41,471 bases of DNA, taken from a virus. The notes beneath the pieces are model-generated. The model searched no databases, was not told where the DNA came from, and was given only the letters and a program-made list of their open reading frames with translations. Shown here one piece after another: positions 28,175-36,093 of this stretch. How positions within the stretch are numbered: the first letter of the stretch is position 1; every line of letters starts with the position of its first letter. The stretch is taken from UHGV virus genome UHGV-0125347. The stretch is one strand, 5' to 3'. Position numbers and translations under genes: made by a program.

Positions 28175-28236
28175 ATAGCCCTTCTGTGGGAAGTGTAACT
28201 CCTACAGTCGATGGGGCTTCTATTGAATTAAGCTAA
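28165..28236 (+). other. -1-frame extension of the major tail gene (VDSPSVGSVTPTVDGASIELS), in frame with the downstream Ig ORF
   Basis: G GGA AAG heptamer at 28165-28171 immediately followed by the 0-frame TAG. The -1 frame is open from 28162 to TAA 28234-28236. Confidence 0.5.
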
Positions 28237-28251
28237 GAAAGGAAAATAAAT

Positions 28252-28710
28252 ATGGTGGATACTTTTAAAATTTATAAAGGCCAAACCGAAGTTGTTTCCG
28301 GCCAATCACCTTTAACTATAACAGGAATGGAACCTAACACCTCAGTGCCGGCTGGTGAGTACCAAGTAACTCGTGTTGTTAATGGAAAAGAATCAGAGCG
28401 AGTAGATATTCCAGCTTTTAAAACTTTGTCTATTGCTGTAACTGGCTTAGAGTTTTCTCCTAAAACGTCCACAGCAGATGCGGGTACTGCAGGTAGCCGA
28501 CAAATCACAGCAACTGTTTTACCTGAAAATGCAACCAACAAGAAGGTAAACTATGATATTTCACCTGTAACAGAAGGTCTTGCTGTCTCTGAAACAGGAA
28601 ATATTACTTGGACAGAAGCGGTACCGGCTGGTGTTTATACCACAACAGGAACAACAGAGGATGGTAAAAAAACAGCTCAACACACCTTAACATTGAATAA
28701 TCAAGCTTAA
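28252..28710 (+). CDS. Ig-like decoration protein (FN3-like + Big_2 domains)
   Basis: FN3-like SPLTITGMEPNTSVPAGEYQVTRVVNGKES and Big_2-like ITATVLPENATNKKVNYDISP. Confidence 0.75.
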   Translation: MVDTFKIYKGQTEVVSGQSPLTITGMEPNTSVPAGEYQVTRVVNGKESERVDIPAFKTLSIAVTGLEFSPKTSTADAGTAGSRQITATVLPENATNKKVNYDISPVTEGLAVSETGNITWTEAVPAGVYTTTGTTEDGKKTAQHTLTLNNQA

Positions 28711-28723
28711 AATATAAATTTAG

Positions 28724-28752
28724 AGGGCAGCTTAGCGGCTGTCCTTTTCTTA
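28724..28752 (+). terminator. Hairpin plus T-run after the tail/Ig genes
   Basis: AGGGCAGC-ttagcg-GCTGTCCT followed by TTTCTTA. Confidence 0.4.
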
Positions 28753-28765
28753 TGGAGGAAAAGGC

Positions 28766-29116
28766 ATGCAAATCGAAATTAAAGGAAAAAAATATAACTG
28801 TATTTTTGGAGTCAAGTTTATTCGTGAATTGGATAAGCAGCATGGGGTAGTTCGCAATGATGTAAATCTTGGGATGGGACTAACAACATTATTACCGCAG
28901 CTAGTAAGTGGAAATATCGTTGTTTTATCTGATGTACTTTACACAGCTACCATTACGGAAAAAAGTAGACCTTCTAAGGATGAAGTAGATGAGTTTGTTG
29001 AAACTGTTGATGATATTGAGGCGTTATTTGATGAAACGTTGAAAAACTTAGAAGAAAGCAATGCGGGAAAGTTAACGGTCAGAAATTTCAAGAAAGCTCT
29101 GATGGAGAACAAGTAA
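28766..29116 (+). CDS. Tail assembly chaperone (gpG-like)
   Basis: 116 aa, directly upstream of the tape measure. Contains GGGAAAG at 29065-29071. Confidence 0.75.
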   Translation: MQIEIKGKKYNCIFGVKFIRELDKQHGVVRNDVNLGMGLTTLLPQLVSGNIVVLSDVLYTATITEKSRPSKDEVDEFVETVDDIEALFDETLKNLEESNAGKLTVRNFKKALMENK

Positions 29117-29466
29117 GAGAGGAACTAACCTCAGCTGAAGCTTATGAAAATATTCTTATTAATTGTTTTCGTTACCTAGAAATTACTGACTTATCAGAAA
29201 TTGAACGAATGACTTTGTATGAATATGAAGTTAGGCTATTGGCGTTTCAGTTAAAAAGACTTGACCATGAAAGAGACCTCTATCTTCAATCTTGGCTAAA
29301 TAACCAAATTAAGGCGACTAAAGGTAAAAAATCTGAACCTTATTATAAGGAATTCAATAAGTTTTTCAATTATGAAGAACGAGAGAAGCTTATTTTGGGT
29401 AAATCATTAATTGATGAAAAAGTTGATATAGGAGCAATTGATTTATTAAGAAAAGCAAATAAGTAG
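29071..29466 (+). CDS. gpT-like portion of the G-T chaperone fusion (via -1 PRF)
   Basis: The -1 frame is open from 29035 through 29466, contiguous with the annotated 29209 ORF. Canonical slippery site G GGA AAG at 29065-29071. Confidence 0.65.
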   Translation, partial: VNGQKFQESSDGEQVREELTSAEAYENILINCFRYLEITDLSEIERMTLYEYEVRLLAFQLKRLDHERDLYLQSWLNNQIKATKGKKSEPYYKEFNKFFNYEEREKLILGKSLIDEKVDIGAIDLLRKANK

Positions 29467-29481
29467 GAAAGGAGGAAAATA

Positions 29482-32400
29482 ATGGAATCATATTCAGTCG
29501 AAGCAATACTTACTGCTACTGATAGAACGTTTAGTAGCACGATGAGTAGCGCTGAACGTTCAATGGCTGGTGTAAACAAGCAATCTGGTGAGCTAGGGGA
29601 TGGATTGGATAAAAGCACCACTAAAGGGAATCAATTAGGCAAGTCAATTCTTAGTATTGGAGCAGGTGTGGGTGCCGTAAAATTAGTATCTACGGCCGTA
29701 AATATGGTTAAGGATTCTGTTGAAGGAGCTATTAACCGTTTTGATACGTTGAATAAATATCCTGTAGTTATGAAGGCTCTAGGTTACTCAACAGAAGATG
29801 TAGATAGATCAATGACTAAGTTAAGTGATGGGATTGATGGGCTTCCTACATCGTTAGATGAAATCGTATCAAATACGCAACAGTTAGCAATTTCAACTGG
29901 TAGCTTGAGTAAAGGAACTGACACAGCTATTGCATTAAATGATGCCTTTCTTGCTTCTGGAGCTTCAACTGCTGATGCGACTCGTGGTATGCAACAATAT
30001 ATTCAAATGCTCGGTAAGGGTGAAGTTGATATGCAGTCTTGGCGAACTTTACAAGAAACAATGCCAATAGCTATGGATAAAGTTGCTAAGTCTTTCAAAG
30101 AACAAGGTGTAAACTCAGTTAACCAATTATATGATGCCTTAAAAGAAGGAGATATTACATTTAATGAGTTCAATAATCGTTTGATTGAGTTGGACAAAGG
30201 CGTAGGTGGTTTTGCGGATTTAGCAAAGAAAAACTCAAAAGGTATCAAAACATCATGGGCAAACATCAAAACAGCCACCGTTAAAGGTGTAACTACAGTT
30301 ATTAAATCGTTTGATGAATTATCCAAAGCGGTGACAGGGAAAAATATTGCCGAAAATTTGGACTCTTTAAAAAATGTAGTGAATATAACTTTTAAGGCAA
30401 TTGATGCAGCGATTCAATCAACTATCCCATTGATGAAACTATTCGGAAAAGCTATTACTTCGATAGGTACAGCTTTAACACCATTACTACCAACAATTGC
30501 CAGTTTTGCTACCACCTTTACAGCGTTGAAAGTAATTCAGCAAGTGACAGGCTATATAAAACAATCTGAATTGGCAATCAAAGCTTATACAACCGCAATA
30601 AGTTTATACAATGGAATATCAAAACTGGCTACGTTATCTACAACAGCACTCGGAAAAGCATGGATGTTAAACTTAGCAGCCGATAAAGCCAATTCTGTAG
30701 CAATAGCAATAAAAACTGGTCTTTTAGTGGCGCAAAATACAATCGTTGGTGTTTTGACGGGAACAATTAGTTTAGCTACAGTAGCTACAACTGTTTTTAG
30801 TACCGCTATGAAATTGTTGATGGGCCCTATTGGTTGGGTAACAGCTGCAATAGGTGGACTAGTAGCTGTAGGGGTAAACTTGTGGAAATGGTTAAATAAG
30901 GAAACTGAATCAACTAAGGCAGTTAAAAAAGAACAAGAAAACCTTATGAAAACTACAGATGACTTGATTAAAAAGAATCAAGAACATACCCAATCACGAA
31001 AAGATGAAGCTATTGAATTGGATAATACTAAAGAAAAATTCCAATCTATGATTTCTGAAATGGAAATGCTCTCTGCTAAAGAAAAATTAAGCAACAGCGA
31101 GAAAAAACGTATGGTGGAAATTGTTGAGGAATTGAACGGTAAAATGACAGGTTTAAACTTAGTTTATGACGATCAAAAAAATATTTTATCTGAAATGCCT
31201 GGAACAATTCAACAACAAGTTGATGCCTATAATGCTTTAGATGAAGCTTCTCAAGCTCAAGAAAACATTAATCAAATGTTAAAAGAACGAAATGATAATG
31301 AAGCGAAGCTGATGGAAATCAATGCCGCTAGAGAAAAATGGAATCAGACATTAAAAGAATCTGGCGGGAATACAAAAGAAGCTCGTGAAAATATTGAAAA
31401 GTTGGGCGAGCAAGAGCAAGTGTTAAAGGGCGTTCAACAGGAATTAACGAATGAAATTATAAATACAGCTAATGCCCATGAACAATCAATGCAGCGTGCA
31501 AGCCAAGCTGTGGAAAATGGTGTGTTAAATCAAACAGTTTCATACAATGCTTTAAGTGGTAAGACGAAAGAAACAATGGATGCAATGCGTTCAGAATATT
31601 CATCACTTGAAGAAAAAGTAGGGAGTGCCTTTGATGTTATTGAACAAAAGCAAGCTATTTCGGTTGATCAGATGGCTGCTAACTTACAGAAAAATCAAGA
31701 AGCTGTCGCACAGTGGGGACAAAATATTTCAACACTTGCAGAACGACATGTTGACCAAGGGTTATTGGAACAACTAAGAAAAATGGGGCCAGAGGGTGCA
31801 GCACAAGCAGCAGAGCTTGTTAATGCATCAGACGAACAATTACAACGCTTAAATGATGTCTATCGTAACACTGGTGAAACTTCTATGAATGCAATGAAAG
31901 AAGGTTATCAATTAGGCAAAAATGGTTTGAACGAGGAAATTCAAGCTCTTATACCAACTCAAAAAGAAACTTTGATGACTCAAATTAAGAATACAGACTT
32001 TAACAGCGTGGGCCTAAGTGTAACTGATGATTTTAAAGCAGGTATTGAAAACGGGCGTACAGCAGTCGAAGAAATGACCAAGGGAATTGTTCCTAAAGTC
32101 GGGGAAGACATAAAAGGCGAAGTTCAAAAAGCTGATTTTAGAGGTATAGGTAAGTCCATTCCTCAAGGCTTAGAAAAAGGTGTTGACGACGGCAAAGGAG
32201 TTCCTGTAAAAACATCTAATCAAATGATTGATGATATTGTTTCTGGTGCCAGAAAAGGTTTAGATTCTCACTCTCCTTCTCGTGTATTTCACTCAATTGG
32301 CGAAGATGTTGATTCTGGATTATCAAACGGTATCGAACAAAACGCAATGAATCCAGTAAGAGCTGTGGAGGCGATTGTTGATAAAATAATTTCTGCAATG

Positions 32401-32889
32401 GATAAATTGCCATCAGAAATGAATTCTATTGGTGCAAATGCAATTGATGGATTGACTAATGGCATTAATGCTAATGCTAATAGTGCTTTAGCTGCAGCAA
32501 GAGGTGTGGCAGATCAAATTGTAAGTACAATGAAAAGTGCTATGGACATTCATTCTCCCTCACGTGTAATGCGTGATGAAGTAGGTAAAATGATTCCAGC
32601 AGGAGTAGCGGTTGGTATTGATAAATATTCAAACTTTGTAGAAAAATCTATGCAACGACTAAGTAAAAAGGTAGCCATGCCAGCGCTGGATAATTTAAAT
32701 TCAAATCTGTCATTTAGTGGAGGATCACAAAGCTTAGCATTTGCCGGAGATGTATCTTCAAAATTCACTGTAGAGGTACCTGTTATTTTCGATAGTTCAG
32801 AGGTTGCAAGGGTTATTGCTAAACCAATGAGTAAAGAATTACAGAATCAACAAGATAAAAAGAATGTTTCTTTAGGAAGGAGGCGCTAA
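29482..32889 (+). CDS. Tape measure protein
   Basis: 1135 aa with TM helices and a long coiled coil. Position. Confidence 0.92.
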   Translation: MESYSVEAILTATDRTFSSTMSSAERSMAGVNKQSGELGDGLDKSTTKGNQLGKSILSIGAGVGAVKLVSTAVNMVKDSVEGAINRFDTLNKYPVVMKALGYSTEDVDRSMTKLSDGIDGLPTSLDEIVSNTQQLAISTGSLSKGTDTAIALNDAFLASGASTADATRGMQQYIQMLGKGEVDMQSWRTLQETMPIAMDKVAKSFKEQGVNSVNQLYDALKEGDITFNEFNNRLIELDKGVGGFADLAKKNSKGIKTSWANIKTATVKGVTTVIKSFDELSKAVTGKNIAENLDSLKNVVNITFKAIDAAIQSTIPLMKLFGKAITSIGTALTPLLPTIASFATTFTALKVIQQVTGYIKQSELAIKAYTTAISLYNGISKLATLSTTALGKAWMLNLAADKANSVAIAIKTGLLVAQNTIVGVLTGTISLATVATTVFSTAMKLLMGPIGWVTAAIGGLVAVGVNLWKWLNKETESTKAVKKEQENLMKTTDDLIKKNQEHTQSRKDEAIELDNTKEKFQSMISEMEMLSAKEKLSNSEKKRMVEIVEELNGKMTGLNLVYDDQKNILSEMPGTIQQQVDAYNALDEASQAQENINQMLKERNDNEAKLMEINAAREKWNQTLKESGGNTKEARENIEKLGEQEQVLKGVQQELTNEIINTANAHEQSMQRASQAVENGVLNQTVSYNALSGKTKETMDAMRSEYSSLEEKVGSAFDVIEQKQAISVDQMAANLQKNQEAVAQWGQNISTLAERHVDQGLLEQLRKMGPEGAAQAAELVNASDEQLQRLNDVYRNTGETSMNAMKEGYQLGKNGLNEEIQALIPTQKETLMTQIKNTDFNSVGLSVTDDFKAGIENGRTAVEEMTKGIVPKVGEDIKGEVQKADFRGIGKSIPQGLEKGVDDGKGVPVKTSNQMIDDIVSGARKGLDSHSPSRVFHSIGEDVDSGLSNGIEQNAMNPVRAVEAIVDKIISAMDKLPSEMNSIGANAIDGLTNGINANANSALAAARGVADQIVSTMKSAMDIHSPSRVMRDEVGKMIPAGVAVGIDKYSNFVEKSMQRLSKKVAMPALDNLNSNLSFSGGSQSLAFAGDVSSKFTVEVPVIFDSSEVARVIAKPMSKELQNQQDKKNVSLGRRR

Positions 32890-33819
32890 ATGTTATACAA
32901 CTTTATTGATGTAAATGAACAACAAACAAAAGCCTCTTTGCCTTCGGAAGCCATGAATTTTAATGGTTCCTTTTTAGAAGATTTAGTTCCGGGTTATAGA
33001 ACATTATCTGTTGTTGGAAGAGAGTTAGCTCCTACTGAGATACAAAGCTACCAGTTGGGAATTCGTGATGGAATGCGACATGTTTATGCTCGTATTCCGG
33101 AAAGAGAATTAACGGTTAAATTCAAAGTTGAGGCTAACTCTAACGAAGCGTTTAGGGATTCTTTTAACAGATTAAACGTTGCTTTGTTCACAGAAAAAGA
33201 TGTACAGATTTGGTTTAATGATGAACCAGAAATGCTTTGGTCGGGTAGTAAATCAGACATTGATGCAGTTCCTGAGGGATTGAATCGAGTCGTTGGTACA
33301 TTTACAATCTTGTTGAACAATCCATATAAATATACTCGAAGCGATGCTACTAGTGTTATGTGGGGTTCAACAGAAATAACGTTTCAGGCTAACTATCTTA
33401 TGGGTAATACTGGATCAGGGGCTGTTGATTTACCGATTGTTATCGAAGGTGGGGCTTATTGGGGTTCTACCATGATTACTTTTCAAAACCGTTCTTATCT
33501 GATGGGAGACAACGGTCAAGAGGTGAAGCCAATTGAAATATATCCAACTGTTGAAGGGTTAAAAGTAAAACCGATTATTACTATAAAAGGCACTGGTAGA
33601 GGCGTGTGGATAAAAACTAGAAGCGATACTATTGATATTGGTGATTTTGATAAGTCAGAAATAGTAATCGATACAGAACAGTTTAATATTACGAAAAATG
33701 GGAAGCCAATGATTCGTCCTATGAACGATTTTTATATTTATCCAAATGAGCCACTATACATCCAAGCGAAAGATAGTACTTTTAATCTAACTATTCGATA
33801 TCCAAATCGTTTCTTATAG
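32890..33819 (+). CDS. Distal tail protein (Dit)
   Basis: 309 aa, immediately after the tape measure. Confidence 0.8.
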   Translation: MLYNFIDVNEQQTKASLPSEAMNFNGSFLEDLVPGYRTLSVVGRELAPTEIQSYQLGIRDGMRHVYARIPERELTVKFKVEANSNEAFRDSFNRLNVALFTEKDVQIWFNDEPEMLWSGSKSDIDAVPEGLNRVVGTFTILLNNPYKYTRSDATSVMWGSTEITFQANYLMGNTGSGAVDLPIVIEGGAYWGSTMITFQNRSYLMGDNGQEVKPIEIYPTVEGLKVKPIITIKGTGRGVWIKTRSDTIDIGDFDKSEIVIDTEQFNITKNGKPMIRPMNDFYIYPNEPLYIQAKDSTFNLTIRYPNRFL

Positions 33820-33835
33820 GAGGTGTTGCTAAAAT

Positions 33836-35908
33836 ATGTTGATGGCAATGGATTTAAAAAGAGAATACACGGCAGTTTTAGATAACGCTTATAATGTTGG
33901 ATATGAAAAAATTGAAAACCAAATAGGTAATCTAGAATTTTCAATGCCGTTGGATGATCCTAAAAATGAATTTTTGCAAGAAATGTTATGGGTTGAACTA
34001 ACAGATAATGAAAATGAATATATAGGATTATACCGTGTTATGCCTTCAACGGTTCGCAAAGATGCTAGTAACAATTCAATCACGTATACGGCAAATGAAG
34101 CCCTGTGTACTTTGCTAGACACAGTTCTTTTTGGTTATCATGAACTAGTGAATCAAAAAACGGTTGATGTTATTAACTATCTTTTGAATAAACAAAGGAC
34201 AAAACACTGGGTTTTAAAAAAATGTGAATTCACTCGGTATTTTAGTTATGCATGGGAAAATGAAAATGGTCTCGCTGATGCCTTGTTTAGTATTCCTCAA
34301 GCATTTGATGAAGACTACATGTGGCAATGGAATACCAAAGTTTATCCATTTGAATTATCTTTAGTGAAGCCACCAAAAGAACCTATTGCTCGTATTCAAG
34401 AAGGATATAACATGCAAGGTTTTGAGATTGAAAGAGACCCAAATAATTTAGTTAATCGAGTTTATCCTTTGGGTGCTGGTGAAGGTGTTAACCAGATAAA
34501 TATAAAATCAGTGAATAAAAATATTCCTTATGTAGAAGATGCAAAGTCTATAAAAGAACATGGTTTAGTTGAATATGTATGGGTGGACCAACGATTCACA
34601 GTTCCACAAGCTTTAAAAGACAATGCAATCAACATGTTAAAAAAATGGGCACAGCCTAAAATTTCTTGGGATGTGACTGCGGCTGATTTATTGAAATTAA
34701 CAGATGAACCTTTAAGCATTGATAAGTTGAGACAAGGAACTGTGATTATGATCAACACAGATGACTTTGGAAGTATAAATTTGCGTATAAAAAAAGAGAC
34801 AAAACAGGATGTGTTCGGCGCCCCACAAGATATTCAGCTAGAGCTTGGTAATTTATCTGACGATTTTACTACAACAATGTCTGATTTGAAACGTAAACAG
34901 GAAATAAATGAGACATACTCGCAAGGTGCAACGAATATTTTGAACTACAGTTATCAAGATAACTGCGAAAAGGCATACCCAGCAGAAATTGAATTCTTCT
35001 TAGATGATGATGTTTTTCATGTAAATACTGTGGAACTGACTTTCAAAACAAAGAAATATCGTGGCTATACCAAAGCTGTAAAAGGTGGCGGGGCTACGGT
35101 TAAAAGTACTTCAGCTGGTGGAGCTTCCACACAAACGAGCTCAGCTGGCGGTGGTAGTCGTCAGACTAGTTCTGCTGGAGGGGGTTCAGTACAATCAACG
35201 GCTTCAGGCGGAGGCGGATCTACAACTTCAGGAGCTGGAGGCGGATCTTATCAAGGTGGATCCACAAATGCAGGAGGCGGAAGTACACAAACTAGCAGTG
35301 CTAACGGGAGTCATGACCACTTAATGTTCAATATAATTCAAGGGCCGCCACAAACAGTATCTAAGAGAACATTACGAGCTGGAGGTGGCGGTGAATTGTA
35401 TGCAGAAACAAGAGGTGATGTTTTTAGAACAGCGGGTGCTGCAGACAATCACTCACACAGTGTTAATGTTCCAAACCACTCACATAATTTCAATATAAAT
35501 ATTCCAGCGCATAGTCATAATGTAAATATTCCTAGCCATACGCATAGCGTGAACATTCCGTCACATACTCATAGCGTGAATATTCCAAGTCACACACACC
35601 AAGTGAAGATTCCCGCACATACGCACCAAGTAACATTGCCAAACCATACGCACCCTTTGGAATGGGGAATTTATGAGGCGCCAAGTAGCGCAACTAGTGT
35701 TGATATTGTTGTAGACGGTACAATCGTTCCTAACCATGAAACAAGCCAGCAAAGGTTAAACATTGTTAAATACCTGAGAAAAACAACTAGTGGCAAAATA
35801 GCAAGAGGGAATCACACAATCAAGATTATACCTAACAAACTTGCACGGATTGAAGCGCAAGTTATTTGTCGTGTTTTTATACAATCACAATTAGGAGGAC
35901 AATTTTAA
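33836..35908 (+). CDS. Tail-associated protein (Tal / baseplate hub) with Gly/Ser-rich and His-rich repeat regions
   Basis: 690 aa after Dit. Internal repeats (see the repeat features). Confidence 0.8.
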   Translation: MLMAMDLKREYTAVLDNAYNVGYEKIENQIGNLEFSMPLDDPKNEFLQEMLWVELTDNENEYIGLYRVMPSTVRKDASNNSITYTANEALCTLLDTVLFGYHELVNQKTVDVINYLLNKQRTKHWVLKKCEFTRYFSYAWENENGLADALFSIPQAFDEDYMWQWNTKVYPFELSLVKPPKEPIARIQEGYNMQGFEIERDPNNLVNRVYPLGAGEGVNQINIKSVNKNIPYVEDAKSIKEHGLVEYVWVDQRFTVPQALKDNAINMLKKWAQPKISWDVTAADLLKLTDEPLSIDKLRQGTVIMINTDDFGSINLRIKKETKQDVFGAPQDIQLELGNLSDDFTTTMSDLKRKQEINETYSQGATNILNYSYQDNCEKAYPAEIEFFLDDDVFHVNTVELTFKTKKYRGYTKAVKGGGATVKSTSAGGASTQTSSAGGGSRQTSSAGGGSVQSTASGGGGSTTSGAGGGSYQGGSTNAGGGSTQTSSANGSHDHLMFNIIQGPPQTVSKRTLRAGGGGELYAETRGDVFRTAGAADNHSHSVNVPNHSHNFNINIPAHSHNVNIPSHTHSVNIPSHTHSVNIPSHTHQVKIPAHTHQVTLPNHTHPLEWGIYEAPSSATSVDIVVDGTIVPNHETSQQRLNIVKYLRKTTSGKIARGNHTIKIIPNKLARIEAQVICRVFIQSQLGGQF
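35085..35320 (+). repeat. Gly/Ser-rich 10-11-aa tandem repeats within Tal
   Basis: SAGGGSxQTS repeated six times or more. Confidence 0.7.
35450..35660 (+). repeat. 27-nt (9-aa) His-x-His tandem repeats within Tal
   Basis: NIPSHTHSV-type units repeated seven times or more. Confidence 0.75.
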
Positions 35909-36082
35909 ATGAGATTAACAGTAAAGCTAATTAGCAAACAAGAAGAATTCATTGTTGATGATAATTCAGGAAAAACATTGGATGATTATTATGAAGAGTT
36001 GATTGACAGTAATTCGTCATTTATAAAGATTGGAAATCGTATTTTACAAAAAGCCACAATTGAATACATTAATGCAGAATAG
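35909..36082 (+). CDS. Small hypothetical protein (57 aa)
   Basis: AGGAGG RBS. Lies between the Tal and receptor-binding genes. Not in the ORF track. Confidence 0.4.
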   Translation: MRLTVKLISKQEEFIVDDNSGKTLDDYYEELIDSNSSFIKIGNRILQKATIEYINAE

Positions 36083-36093
36083 GAGTGATGGAT

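Noticed and set aside
26927-28541. Minus-strand ORFs within the tail genes (26927-27259, 27520-27978, 28272-28541)
   Set aside because: Antisense to the coherent structural operon. No signals.
35085-35660. Tandem nucleotide repeats considered as a possible CRISPR or VNTR locus
   Set aside because: They lie in frame inside the Tal gene and encode Gly/Ser and HxH protein repeats. No spacer structure.
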